The notes under the pieces are model-generated. The model was given only the letters and a program-made list of their open reading frames with translations, was not told where the DNA came from and searched no databases. The position numbers were made by a program, and so were the translations under genes. A stretch of 64,000 bases of DNA from the human T2T-CHM13v2.0 reference genome, Homo sapiens, in NCBI RefSeq assembly GCF_009914755.1, contig NC_060945.1; one strand, 5' to 3'. Numbering within the stretch: the first letter of the stretch is position 1; every line of letters begins with the position of its first letter. Below, piece by piece: positions 14,141-28,183 of this stretch.

Positions 14141-15169
14141 CAGACATATAGAAACATTCTCAACTATGTGAAAATATGTGAAAAGCTTTGTTATGCATTG
14201 TGAGACAACCCAGTGGGAATATTTCACCATCTGCCTAAGGTTTAAAAGTAAATAACTTTAAGCATATGTCTAAATAGCAAGTAATGTTTTAGAGCGGATT
14301 CTCTTAAATTCAGCTTGTGTGTCTGCAGCATATACACAGCTGGAGCTGTCACCTGACATAGAGACAGGCAACTTCAGTGCCCACTGTTCTTAGGATCCAC
14401 TGCTTTTTCACAGCTAAAACCCCCAAGTGGCATCGTTAAGTATCATGTTATGTTACTTTAGTCGTTAAACGTATAAGCATACCTCCAAAGGTTGAATGTA
14501 GGCCACTTGCAGAAAGTAAGCAGAATGCTCACAGGTAATTCTTGATGATACTGTGTTTAGGTTTCTTATTCTTTGAAATCCCATTGAGAAAAAATACTGG
14601 CATCTGCTCAAAGTAATTTCTTTTTCAGTTGACAATATTATAAGTAATGTTATTGTATCATTTCCTTACTTGGACAGAGGGTGAAAATTTTGAGGAGCTT
14701 GTCTGCCAGAAATTTCTTCTTCATTTGAAAAACATTAATGAGATATTATATTTAAATGATTTTATTTAATATTAAGTGTACTTGGTGAACGTGGCATAGA
14801 ACATACAAAATAAAACTAATTTAAAATTATTAACTATTACATTTATAGGAAAGACTTGCTAATCATAACACTGTTCATAATGATTCTGAATAAAGCATTA
14901 TTTCTTTTACTGAAAACAATTGTAGCTATAACTCAGTCATCTAAATTGTCATTAGTTTTATTGCTTTCTAATCGTCTTGAGCTGAAATTTTAATTTTGAT
15001 TAATTTTCTTTTTCTCCATTGGTTTTGTGTGTGTGTGGAGGTAAAATATACAGAATATTGAATTTGCCAGTTTTTCTACTTTTACGTGTACACTTCAGTG
15101 GCATTTAAATACATGCATCATTTACCTTCCCACCAGCATTGCACAGGGTTTCAGTTTACCACATTCTGC

Positions 15170-15725
15170 CCAACATTTGTTTTTCTGGTTTTCTTGGTTT
15201 CTGTTTTTTGTTTGTTTTGATAATAGCATTCTAATGGGTGTGAAGTGGTATTGCATTATGGTTTTGATTTATATTTCCCTACTGACTAGTGATGTTGAGC
15301 ATCTTTTCCAGTGCTTATTGGCCATTTGTATAACATCTTTGGAGCAATGTCCGTATATATCCTTTGCCCAGTTTTGAATTGTGGTATTTGTCTTTCTGGA
15401 GTTCTCTATATAGTCTGGATATTAATTCCTTATAATGTTTGTAGTTTACAAATATTTTCTGCATTTTCTGGGTTGCCTTTTACTCTGTTGACAGTGGTTC
15501 TTAATGCACAAAATTTTTAATTCTGATGAAGTCCAGTTTGTCTACGTTTTCTTTTGTTGCCTGTGCCTTTGATGTTCTATATAAGAAATCATTGCCAAAT
15601 TCATTGTCGTGAAGCTTTTCCCATTTTCTTCTAAAAGTTTTCTAACTTTAGCTCTTACATTTAGGTCTTTTGTCTATTTTAAGTTACTTTTTGTATTTTG
15701 TGTTAGATAAGGGTCCAACTTCATT
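15170..15725 (-). mobile_element. Old L1M fragment
   Basis: gtgatgttgagcatcttttc...gtccaacttcatt. Confidence 0.7.
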
Positions 15726-16360
15726 TTAGCTAAAATTTTATGTATTTTAAAATTGACTATGAAAAGCATGAAATGTTTAGTTGAATAGAAAGTTTTGTGC
15801 AGTGGAATAAACTGAATCTTTAAAACCTTTTTATTATGGAAATATGCAAACTAATCCATACATAGAAGAATATAATGAGTCCCCCATGTGCCCAGGCCCC
15901 AGTATTAATTATCAATATTTTGCCAATCTCGTTTCATTTACATACACACCCCCACACACTTTTTTCCTAGAAAATTTTAAGTAAAATCACAGATATTACA
16001 TCATTTTACCCATAAGTACATAAATGTGCATTTCTTAACGTGGTATGTCTTTCTCTCATCACCTGTTTTGTTCTTTACTTTTATACATTATACTATGTCA
16101 TTATCAGACCTTGTAAAATTAACAAGAATTCCTTAATATGTAATATCCATTTAATGATTGACTCATTTCTACTCTAGTTAAAGTACAATTTAGGAGGAGT
16201 TTTGAGGATATTTTTTAACATTAAGATATAAACTTTTATAACAACGCTAAAATAATGTTTGCTAGACTCTAACATTTCTATTGGCAAATTGGACATTAGT
16301 ATACATAGACATAGGTTCTGCTCATTTTGCTTTCAATGTAAAATCATAGTTAAGATTACT

Positions 16361-16663
16361 GGCTGGGAGCGGTGGCTCAAACCTGTAATCTCAGCACTTT
16401 GGGAGGCAGAGGCGGGTGGATCACGAGGTCAGGAGTTCAAGACCAGCCTGACCAATGTGGTGAAACCCCGTCTCTACTAAAAATACAAAAAAAATTATTC
16501 GGGCATGGTGGCAGGCTCTTGTAACCCCAGCTACTCGGGAAGCTAGGCAGAGAATTGTTTGAACCCAGGAAGTGGAGGTTGCAGTGAGCCAAGATCACAT
16601 CACTGCACTCCAGCCTGGGCGACAGAGCGAGACTCCATCTCAAAAAAAAAAAAAAAAAAAAAA
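16361..16663 (+). mobile_element. AluS (Sg-like)
   Basis: Full dimer with long polyA; aagattact/aaaattact flanks. Confidence 0.9.
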
Positions 16664-16831
16664 ATTACTATGCTAGAAAGTCTTCCTGTAGAGGCATTTT
16701 TAAGAAGCATTATGATAGGCATTGCCTCTGGAAAGCAGGCATGAATAGATGGCTGGGGTCTATCACGAGAGAGACCGTTCTTCATATATCACTTTGTACC
16801 CTCACATGTTGCCTTTTGTTTTGTTTTGGTC

Positions 16832-16983
16832 TTTTTTTGAGACAGGACCTTGTTCTGTCACTCAGGCTAGAGTACAGTGGCGTGATCATAGCTCACTATA
16901 ACCTTGAGCTCCTGGGCTCAAGTGATCCTCTTTCACAGCTCCCTGAGTAGCTGGGATTACAGGCATGCACCCCCATGCCGGGC
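16832..16983 (-). mobile_element. Alu monomer (FLAM/FRAM-like)
   Basis: Single Alu arm. Confidence 0.75.
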
Positions 16984-17313
16984 TGTATGTTGCTATTGTG
17001 TATTTTAAAATCCTAATCCTGACTGTGCTGTTAGTTGCAGGAATCTGTGCACATACATGCAAACAAGTACATGTAAAACTGGTGAAATCTGAATAAGCTT
17101 CATTGGTTATATCAATGTCAGTTTCCTTATTCTAACAAAGTATGATACTTATGCAAGATGTTATCATTGAGACAAAGCGAGTAAAAGATATGTGAGATCT
17201 TCGTAGTATTTCTTATGACTGCAAAATAAAAGGTTTTTAAAACTAAGTTATAATAACAAAGAACTCTGTGTCAAAACTAAAATATAAAATTGAAATATCA
17301 TTTTATTTTTTAG

Positions 17314-17436
17314 GAATCTGGTGAACAGTAACAAACTTTGGTGAAATTTCAGGAACCATAGCCATTGAAATGGATGAGGGAACCTATATACATGCACTCG
17401 ACAATGGCCTTTTTACCCTGGGAGCTCCACACAAAG
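17314..17436 (+). pseudogene. FRG1: FRG1-like exon 3 (TGA at 17322-17324; internal ATG at 17370; one Glu codon missing at the 3' end)
   Basis: tag|GA ATC TGG TGA ACA...[38 protein letters not shown]|gtttgt. Confidence 0.93.
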
Positions 17437-18213
17437 GTTTGTGTCTGGAAGGGAAGATCCTGCCACAAGTGTAGATTTTAGGACATTCATTCACTTAGGC
17501 CAAACTCTAACTAGTCTCAAACATTTTCCAAAGGAAAGGAACCATTGCATTAGACTCTTCCATTTTTTTTAATTCCTTAATATTTACCAGCCATTGGCAA
17601 GTCCCTCTTTCTAATATAAGCATTTGAAAACATTCCATATAGTTCCAGAAGAGTATCTTTGGAAATCAAAACAATATGAATAATTAAAATAGTAAGTGGA
17701 AAGAAAAAAGAAAACCTATTTGAGTCAAACATATTTGAATTTCTTTTTTATTCAGACCTATTACCAAAACTAACCTGGGTGAATTTAACAATTTGAAGTT
17801 TCCTCATTTTCTTTAGCCCATTAGAGGAAACACTAATGAGATACGAAGTAATTAGAAGATAAAAAGCAGTATCATTTCATAAGCAAGGCCATCCATTGAA
17901 TAAATGAAAGCATTTAGCTTTTTTAAATAAGTGCTTATTTATGACTGTATTTTAAAACATAAAGAGAAGCTATCTCGAAAGTTATTAAATAAGCATTATA
18001 TCACCCTGTCTTAGTGTATAAAATTAACACTGTAGCTAAAAGAAGGTAAAATAGATCTTGATTCCAAAGATACAGTATTGCAGTGACATCAGTATATCTG
18101 AATATTCTTACATTTAATTGCAGAAGAAAATAGCCACATTTTTTAAAACATAATAATATCTTTATATTTATAGAAAATGTCAAATTTATTTTCAAATGTT
18201 TTTTCTCCAATAG

Positions 18214-18271
18214 TTGATGAGGGCCCTAGTCCTCCAGAGCAGTTTATGGCTGTCAAATTATCTGATTCCAG
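18214..18271 (+). pseudogene. FRG1: FRG1-like exon 4
   Basis: aatag|..VDEGPSPPEQFMAVKLSDS..|gtgaac, 58 nt. Confidence 0.93.
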
Positions 18272-19620
18272 GTGAACTTATATTGTAATATAATTAGTAA
18301 CCAGTTATTTTAAAAACTTAATTGTATTCATTAAAAATTTTAGTATCTATCTTAAGCCTATGGTAATTTTGATATAAAAAATGGAATAGCTTTTTTGAAA
18401 AGTAGATTTTGTGATCTACTTTTAGTGGATTTCCTATCAATATATAATGCTAGGCTGGAAAAAAGATATGTAAGTTAAAAAATGAAGATTAATAATTTCA
18501 CACACCAAATAAGATAGATTAAAAAATAAATCAATTTGTACAAAACCTGGTTCACTGTTGCTATGATATTTAAACTCACTGTTTGGAAGTCTAAAGACAA
18601 ACAGGAAGACTAAAAAAAATTAATATTGTTGAAACCAGCAGAGAATGTTACAACATCATTACGACCAAAAGAATATTTTTACTCACTATTTTTACAGTCA
18701 TTTTAAAAAGTAACCTTTTTTATTCTCACCTTGTGTAGAAGTATAGAATGATTCTTTGGGTAAAAGATAATGAAAGTGAATTTACATATTTTAGTAATTG
18801 GTTACATCAACATGATAATGATTTCTGTTATATAATCATTAATGTATAAAGGAGTAAAAGTCAATTCTGGCATCCGAGGAGATTCTTGGTAAGGTAAAAG
18901 AAATCATAATTTTAAAAAAAATCACATTAAGATGATTATTTCTATACTTTCCTTGAAAGTCTGATAAGTAGGGTGAAAGACAGAATAAAAACAGAGGAAG
19001 AAAAATTCAATAGTTTTAAACTGCTTTACAATTATAAACAAAAAAGGATTATAAAGAAAATTAACTGACAAATGAGAAAATATTTGCAACAATCTTAATA
19101 GGCAGTGAGTTCTTACTCTTCATATGTATCTTGTATAAAATTCATAGCACTGAAGACCCCAGTAGAAAAATTGCGAACAATCAGATCTGAATAGAAAAAT
19201 GGACAAGGGACATTATCAGATAATCTAAAAACTAAAAAGGAAAGGAAAAGAAAAACGATTGTTATTCTAGTTAACTACTAAAATGCAAATTAATAGGATA
19301 CTGTTTTTTTCCATATCAAGTTTTCAAGTATTTTTTTAGAGTCATAATGTTTAAAAAAAAATCCATGATACAAAACATACTCTGTTAATTTGAGGTAAGA
19401 ATGTAAATGGAAGCAGCATTTTCTGGAAAACAGTTTGATGACATAAAGTTTTAGTAATTTAATATTGAAATTTATAATTAAAGAGGTATAATTGAAGAAT
19501 GACGAATTATGAAAATATTTGTTATGTAATAAAGGTACAATGTTTTTATTAAAAAAGCAAAATATAAAACTAAATTTAAAACTGTACAGTCCAATATGGC
19601 AACAACTAGTCACATGTAGC

Positions 19621-19915
19621 TTTTTTTTTTTTTTGAGGCACAGAGTCTCAATCTGTCACCCAGGTTGGAGGGCAGTGGTGTGATCATAGCTCATTATAAC
19701 CTCAAATTTCTGGGCTCAAGCACTCCTCCTGCATCAGTCTCCCAAGTAGCTGGTATTACATGTGCACACCACCATGCCCAGCTAACTTTTTAAATTTTTT
19801 GTAAAGATGGGGTCTCACTATGTTGTCCAGGCTGATCTTGAACTTCTTGCCTCAAGCAATTCTCCCATTGCCTTCCCAAAGCACAGAGATTACAGGAGTG
19901 AGTTACCTCTCAGCC
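19621..19915 (-). mobile_element. AluJ
   Basis: Diverged Alu dimer. Confidence 0.85.
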
Positions 19916-20060
19916 ACATGCATCTTTTGAACTCTTGGAATATGTCCAGTCTGAAACTTTAGATATGTACACACCTACACACATACACATGTCCTGTTTT
20001 GATGTCCTATAATTAATTTTCTCTCAGTTTTTAACTTTTATCTATCTTATTAATGTACAG

Positions 20061-20175
20061 AATTGCCCTGAAATCTGGCTATGGAAAATATCTTGGTATA
20101 AATTCAGATGAACTTGTTGTTGGGCGTTCAGATGCAATTGGACCAAGAGAACAATGGGAACCAGTCTTTCAAAAT
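20061..20175 (+). pseudogene. FRG1: FRG1-like exon 5
   Basis: tacag|..[38 protein letters not shown]|gtaagt, 115 nt. Confidence 0.94.
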
Positions 20176-22426
20176 GTAAGTGCTGTTTTTGTTTATAAAA
20201 ACTTCCTGTCAGTTTAATAGAAAGTCTGTAACAGTCAATCATAATATATTTAAAAAGAAAAAGTAGGATGCAATGTATAATACATTAAATTGGAATAAAC
20301 CGCTAAGAACATAGAGGCTTAAAGAGATCTCAAAATGTAGTGCAACAAAAATAGCATTAGTACATTTGCCCACAATTATTTCTCTATACCCTTAGTGCCT
20401 AGATATGGAACTCATTTCCATTGAAGAACCAGTCAATTTTAGGTCACAGAGTAGGAAAACAGAATAGTTCCTAAGTATCTTCTTTGTAGCAGAAATCATG
20501 GATGATTTCAGAAACATTACAGACTGTAAGCAAACAGTGGAGCTAGCTAAGACCAAGTTGTGACAATTTGCATATAAAATATAAATAATAATGGTTCATT
20601 GAAGTAAATTATCTCTAAAAGACTTTCAGTTCATAAGCTTAAAATAGTGTATGAAAAGATAGTTTTAATATAAGAAGAAAAAAGATAATATACTAATTCT
20701 TAATTTTAGTAAGTAAACAGTTGTAGTATATGGATGTTTTGTTAAATCTTTGTTGATACAGAATACATAATTTCCTTTTTCTGTTTGTGTGAGAAGGAAA
20801 GATTGAACAAAAATATGTGAGTGCTAAACTGTCTTTAAAAAGTAGATAACTATATCAAAAAGAGTAAGGACCAGTGGGCACCATGCAGAACAAGCAAATA
20901 GAAGATAAGTTCAGCCTTTGAGTAGCAGCTTTGGTAGTATACAATAATGAACTGAAAATAGGTACTCAGCAGTGTTTTCTAAGATGACAGATTAAACAAA
21001 CATGCCACCAGAAAGTGGTAATCACTTAGACTAATTTCCTCATCCCCTAGGATAAAGTCTTAAGTCGGTGACTTGAAAACTATTTTGACCCAATCCATTG
21101 ACAAATGCATTTTCACATTGCAGCCCAGCACACACATATGTATAACTGAAGCAAGAGTTGTACTTAACAATACTTACTTATCCATGTGTTATGCACCTTG
21201 ATATTTCTTATTCTCTTTTACCCCTTTCTCTGTGTGTCTGTGTGTATTCCTTTTCCCCCCCACCCACCCAATACCGTTCAGGAAACACTACATTGATTTC
21301 ATTACCTGCTAATGTGTTGCAACCCCTTTGAGATGATCCTACTTATTATGATGAGATGCTTCTAATAAAAGTTACACCAGTAGAAAATGCCAATATTTCA
21401 TAAGGCCAGAATGATGACTTAGATAGTACTAATAATACAACACTTTAGGAAAGTTCATTTTATTTTATTTTTAGGAAGGACGCTAAGTTTCAAAAATTTA
21501 AATTTAAATGAAAGAAGGTCTTAAAACTCTATTGCAAAAAGGACTCAGCTGAATAATCTGTGACACAGGTTTAAATCGCCTTGGGCCACACCGCTGTGTT
21601 CCAGAGCTCACCAGGAGCCATCCAGATGAGAGACCACCCAGCCCTTGTGACTTGACTAAGAAATTAAATCCATGTTATCAGCACGTTTTTAACTGGATGT
21701 GATATAAGGTTAACATATTTTGTAATCATTGTATTTATAAATATTTTGTCTAAATGTTATGGTATTACAAGTTTTCCAGAAGAATCAACCAAATACAGTT
21801 ATAAATAAACGTTATATTTGTTTATGGGAATTAAGCTAACCAAATTTATAACCCAGATTTAGATACACAAGAAAATCAGTTTTTAAAGTTTTGTTTAATA
21901 GAAACCAGTGTAATACATCAAATATTAAACAATTAAAAATGTATATGAATATTTACTTTCACACACAAAAGTCCCTCAGACATTGATTCTTAAATTCAAA
22001 ACACCAAAGACATTGTATATACCTTTTCATATTTTCTAATTGTGAAGAAAATAAATTTTACTTAAAATGTTAATATTTGAATAAAGTATGCATTCATAAT
22101 TATGTTCTTGTCTTTAAAGTTAATTTTCCAAGCAGAACTAAATCAGTTTTATCTTCAGTAGATCTTTTAGAAAGGAAGCAATCCTACTTTAGTCCTACTA
22201 GGAAGATACACCACAAATGTTTATTGTGGTAATCTTTGAATAGTAAAATGAAAGGTGATTTTGGTTTCCTTTTCTATATGTTCTTGTATTATATTTTTCA
22301 GGTTTTTCTCTAAGTTCTTTTCTGTGATTTTTAAAGCAGGGAGGAAAAATTAATTCAATCTAAACACTTAATGTTTCTTCCACAAGAAGTATCCTCATGG
22401 CTATTTTGTTATTTTGTTTCACTTAG

Positions 22427-22531
22427 GGGAAAATGGCTTTGTTGGCCTCAAATAGCTGCTTTATTAGATGTAATGAAGCAGGGGACATAGAAGCAAAAAG
22501 TAAAACAGCAGGAGAAGAAGAAATGATCAAG
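22427..22531 (+). pseudogene. FRG1: FRG1-like exon 6
   Basis: cttag|[35 protein letters not shown]|gtattg, 105 nt. Confidence 0.94.
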
Positions 22532-23634
22532 GTATTGATGACATTTTATACAGATGACTGCATTCACACATGCGATGTGACTGTATCTCTTTAAAATGTT
22601 AAGTCATCATTTACTGTCACTTTAAAGATTTAGTTAATAGCTTTTTATAATGTGGTGTTTCAAATAGACTCATTTTTAATTATAAATTCCATAGTTGATG
22701 GCTTGTTTATACAATGTGGTAGAGAAATCAGTGCATCTAGGAGCTACCTTGCCATTATCTCCATGGATTAGTATCTTTTTCTGGTAGTTCCACATGCTCT
22801 TTTTAAGCTTTCATGTTCTTGTTTTCTTGCTTGTATTTTAAAATCTAATTTTTTAAATAGATAACATGTACACGTGGTCCAACATTTTTAAATAAAAGCA
22901 TATGAAGATGAAGACATATGCCTACCATACATCTTACTCACCTGTGTCCCAGCTCCTGTTCCTCTTTCCCTTTGTTTTTTTATAGCCTCCTAAAATTTCT
23001 TTATAAACATATGAATATATTTATAATTTTCAACTGTTTTACACTAAAGGCAACCTCCTCTATAGTCTTCTAGACTTTGATTTTTTTTTCCTTAAAATTA
23101 TATCTTGGAGAGTTTTCTACTATTAGTTTGAATGTAGAAAGTTTTCTCTTTTTCTTGCTTTTCCTCTCTTTCTCTCTCTCTCTCTTTTTAACAGCCACAT
23201 AATATTCCATTTTAGGGATGTACCTTAATTTATTTAGTCTTTTGTAGATGGAAATTTAGGCTGTTTCCAGTCTTTTGCTCTTATAAACAGTGCTGCAGTA
23301 CATAATATTGAATATGCATCAATTTGTAGATGTGCGGGTGGACCTGAAGATAAATTTCCAGAAGCAGAATTACCAGGTGGGGGTATACGCATTTGTATTT
23401 ACATAATGCTTGAGCTTCTGTGATGATAATCACTCTATGAAACATAAAAAATTATAGCAGAACTTCTGGGGCCTTAGCCCTTACATTTTAAAAATATTTT
23501 TATTAATAGTACCTGTCTTCTTTGCATTAGGAGAAACATGAATCACATAAAACATGATTTTTATTTTATTTTTAAAATTTGTGTGCATCACTAAGCTGGA
23601 AATAAAAGTTCCTTATTCCAGGCTAAATTCCCTC

Positions 23635-23672
23635 ATCCGTAGTCAGACGCGTTATCCATTGCACCAGTGGCC
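23635..23672 (-). pseudogene. tRNA-Arg(ACG) 5'-half fragment (not a functional tRNA)
   Basis: The minus strand reads GGCCACTGGTGCAATGGATAACGCGTCTGACTACGGAT, 36/38 identical to the recalled human tRNA-Arg-ACG 5' half. There is no T-arm, B-box or 3' acceptor strand. Confidence 0.85.
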
Positions 23673-23844
23673 TGTGCACTCCCTAATCCTACTCTTTGTT
23701 TTACATCATTGTAAAAGTTACACAGACATCTTCATATCAAGGTGAAATTCTAAATAATACTGTTAATATAACATAGATAAATCAGGTAGTTAAGTGGAAT
23801 TTGATGAAAACATTTAAGGCTTAATTTTTTAGACTCACAAAAGC

Positions 23845-24064
23845 CACTGATCTTTAATGATAAACATATACCAGGATATGTCTAAAGAATAACTCCCTGC
23901 TTCTTGACACATGGCTTTTGTGTGTCTTGGCATTCCATCGCAGTACTGAGCAAATGCACCGATCTTTAATGATAAACATATACCAGGATATGTCTAAAGA
24001 ATAACTCCCCCCTTCTTGACACATGGTTTTTCTGTGTCTTAGCATTCCATCGCAGTACTGAGCA
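23845..24064. repeat. 112-bp-period tandem duplication in intron 6
   Basis: gatctttaatgataaacatataccaggatatg...gcagtactgagca at 23849 and 23961. Confidence 0.92.
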
Positions 24065-25836
24065 TCCTGAACCTTGCTTTGTTTGTCTCTGTTGGGAATC
24101 ACAGGTTGCATCCAGTCTGACCCAGATTTGCTCTGTAAGGCATGATGGGGGCCAGAGTGGAAGGCTCTAAGAGAGGGGGCAAATGCCTTTTCTAAAATGC
24201 CCTTCGTTCTTATAATTAGAGCATAAAAATTAATGTTACATTTTTCTCTACTTCCAGTGTAATTTAAAAGCATCTATCAATTCTCTGTACGTGCTTCATG
24301 TTAGATTTCCGGTCATGTGTTTGATTTTCTTTTTAGAATGGTCTTGATTTCAGATAATTTCAAATCTAAAGCCCAAACAATTTCAATCTAAAATGTAGGT
24401 TTTTCTTACAGTTAGAGAAGTGAAATGTTATATTTTTTCATTGCATGCATCCAGCACATGCGTTGTAGTCTTGAATTTCCATAATGCTCCTGTGAGGTGG
24501 ATGTGAGCTCAGCCTTACAGACAGGAAGACAGCCTCTGACCCTCCTTACATCCTTATGGTTTTTGTCAGTCAGTTCATGGTAATCACAGTGATTTCAAGG
24601 TGTGTTAAGACAGGATGTGTACCGAGGCCCATCTGACTCCAGAGGCCAATCTCAGTATTTCATAGCACATTGCTTCTCAGGAAACAGGTCATTGAGGAAA
24701 TGCAGATGGGTTTGTGACTTACATTTAATTTTATTTATTTATATTTTATTGTATCATGTTTAAATTATTTTTCATCTGGATATCATCACAAAAGTGTTAT
24801 TGAAGGCAACAATGGCAAATATATGTGCAGTGCTTTGCACTTATGCAAAGATACAAAGATACACAAAGATTGCGTTTTTCACTATTTAAAGCAATTTTCA
24901 GATGAAATACAAAGTTTTCTGGGTCTCTTAGGTTAGTCAAGTACTTGGAAGCTCTGAACAGTGGTTATTTAAGACTCTTTTTGTACCATTTAATTGCAGG
25001 CTTTCCTAATCTCTGTCAGCCCTTCACCTTTATGACCTTGCCTTATCTACCAGAACACAGATCCCTCTTACTAAAGGTAGCATTGTGTTACAGGCACTAA
25101 CAGGGAATGTTTTCAGGCCTGGGACCCCTCTAATCAAAACTGTCACAAAGATGTCATTGGCACAAAGACGTTATTTGTCATCACTTTCTAAGCAGCCCTG
25201 GAACTGGACTCTGGCCACAGAGATCCCTTAGGAGACATGAGTCCTTACCATTGCCAATTGCCTGTTCTGTGGGCGATCCTAATTGTTGAATGCAGATCAA
25301 TTAACTTATGACATGTGATAGTAAACACCTATCCAAACTTAGGAGAATATAAGAAGCCAGTAAAAGAGGTGGATTCCAATTAATTAAAAACAAGTTGTGT
25401 AATGTTAAAAGTTTTAATACTTTGATAATAGTCTGTGCAATGTAAAATAGCTATTAAGCTTTCAGTCTGATCAAATGAACACTTGTCTATAGGGATAATT
25501 TGATCCTGGTGTATTCACTTGGAGGACAAAATTAAATGAATGATTGCTTTATTGTCTAGCAGGATCTGATGTGTAAAATATTTCTGAAATAATTTTGTCT
25601 GTAGTGTTTCTGACAAAAGGACTGGGAAGAAGCATGTGATAGCCCTTACTCATATAGATTATATATATATGAAGTAAAAATGCATAGCAAGAACCTGTCT
25701 TTTTCTGAATATAGTTGCTCAGTTAATTTTTTTCTTCTGCATAAGAAATCATCTCGAATATTCTTATGTGATACGTAAAGTGGGGAAGGTGGAAGATAAA
25801 CATATAACCCATTGGATTCTCTTTTCCATTATCTAG

Positions 25837-25928
25837 ATTAGATCCTGTGCTGAAAGAGAAGCCAAGAAAAAAGATGACATTCCAGAAGAAGACAAAGGAA
25901 ATGTAAAACAACATGAAATCAATTATGT
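25837..25928 (+). pseudogene. FRG1: FRG1-like exon 7
   Basis: tctag|[30 protein letters not shown]..|gtatgt, 92 nt. Confidence 0.93.
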
Positions 25929-26007
25929 GTATGTATGCTTTTCCTTTTAGACCTACAGATTTGACAGTGAAGTGCTTCTCAAAGTGCTTTCAAAATAAAT
26001 TATCTAA

Positions 26008-26160
26008 TTAGCTGGGGATGGTGGTGCATGCACGTAGGCCCATCTGCTCGGGAGGCTGAGACAGGAGGATTGTTTGAGCCCAGGAGTTCAAGGCTGCAGT
26101 GAGCTCTGATCACCAGTGCATTCCAGCCTGGGTGACGGAGGAAGATTCTGTCTGAAAAAA
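26008..26160 (+). mobile_element. Alu right arm/monomer
   Basis: ttagctgggg...ccagcctgggtgac. Confidence 0.75.
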
Positions 26161-26494
26161 TGAAAACTGATGGACAAGAAGAGGCAACACAATGTAGCCT
26201 CTAGGAAAGAGCACTGAGCTAAATTCTTTTCTTGAGGGTTCTGTTTTCCTAATCATCCTACCAGCCCCCAAAGCTAGTCACTCGGGTTAGTCAATCTCTC
26301 TATTCATTCATAGAATGGGCGTGATGCCAGTCAAAGGCTGTGCTATGGTCAGGACACAGGGGACTCCAGCCAGCATGCCCTAATAGAAGTGGGGCCTTGT
26401 GCTACCCAGTCAATGAGTGGCCGTCCTCTTGAGAGGTCACAAAGGTCATCTTGTTGTTCAAAATCTCCAGCTTATTAAAAAAAAACACAATTAG

Positions 26495-26793
<299 letters not shown>

Positions 26794-26908
26794 TACAATT
26801 AGATTTTTTTAATAAGTGAAAAAGAAATTAACAGTATTTATAAATTTAATAGTAAATATATATAATCAGAGTTTGAGGTATTTTTCAATGAAGACATTTT
26901 CTTTGCAG

Positions 26909-27019
26909 AAAGAAATTTCAGAGCTTCCAGGACCACAAACTTAAAATAAGTAAAGAAGACAGTAAAATTCCTAAAAAGGCTCAGAAAGATGGATTTTTGC
27001 ATGAGATGCTTAGGGATAG
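26909..27019 (+). pseudogene. FRG1: FRG1-like exon 8
   Basis: tgcag|..[36 protein letters not shown]..|gtagct, 111 nt. Confidence 0.93.
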
Positions 27020-28183
27020 GTAGCTATTTACTTATTTTCACTATTTTCAGTAACCAATAGAAATGGCATGTAGAAAACCTATATTCTCTTAAATTACTGT
27101 AGTTTTCACATTTTTGTCTTTATTTCTGAGTGTGGCAATATTACCTAGAGAGGACATCATGAGTTTGGGAAAAGACTGTCAACAAAGAATATCTAAAAAT
27201 TATAACCGATTCTAAGTATATACTTTAAGAAATTCAGGTTAGACTCTATCTACTTCATAAATTTATCATTTTCTTTTTATAACTATTAGAACCGAGTTAG
27301 AAAGAAGCAGTTTGACTAATATAAAAATTATGTGGATTCTGTTAGAGTAGTTCAGGTTCCTTAAAGTAAGCATAGATCAACTAAAAAACTAAGTATAAAA
27401 GCTAAATAAGTGAAATTGAAGCAGTTTTATTGTAAGATTTGGAAGAGTGCAGGATGTTTATCATAGCACATTATTAATATTTATTACTCTTCCTATGTAG
27501 ATAAGTGATGTCCTAGATTTACAACATAGAAAAACAGGTAGAGACGTTTAGCTGTGAGTGTACAAGTATAAATCAATTAAGTGCCAGATTTTGATAATCA
27601 CCAGCTGCTCATTCAAGTCCTATGTTGCAAAGTTACTTTTACCCTTTATTTACATTACTTGATAAAGGTAATGTTTAATTACATATTTCCTGTTAACTAG
27701 CTGGTAGAGTTCATACCTAAAGTCAGTAAATAATGTTAAGAATTTTTTCCAGCTGAGCAAATGAATATGTATCTAGTTGTAAGAAATCAAGAAGAGGATA
27801 TAAAATATAATCAGGATGTGGACTCTAAAACGGAATAAGCTCTGTGTCCTGTAACTTTTTTCACTTGTAATAATACAGCATTCTCACCCTGTTAAATGGA
27901 AACTTAGAGCACCCTTAAATTCTGGAATAGTTAAAATTGCTATTTAGATTGAAAAGCCCTTAGGCAACATTTATTGAATATTAGGAAATAACTTTTATAA
28001 GATTAGAATCCACTTTTTATAGAAACCAAATTTAAAAGTATACATATTTTAATATAAGTGTTGTGGTAATACAATAACCAAAATTGAACACACAGTTTTA
28101 AAGCTTTTTATATTTAATAGCAGTTGAATATATATGGCATGTTTTACATAGATTAATTTTACTATTTTTCTTTGTTTAAACAA

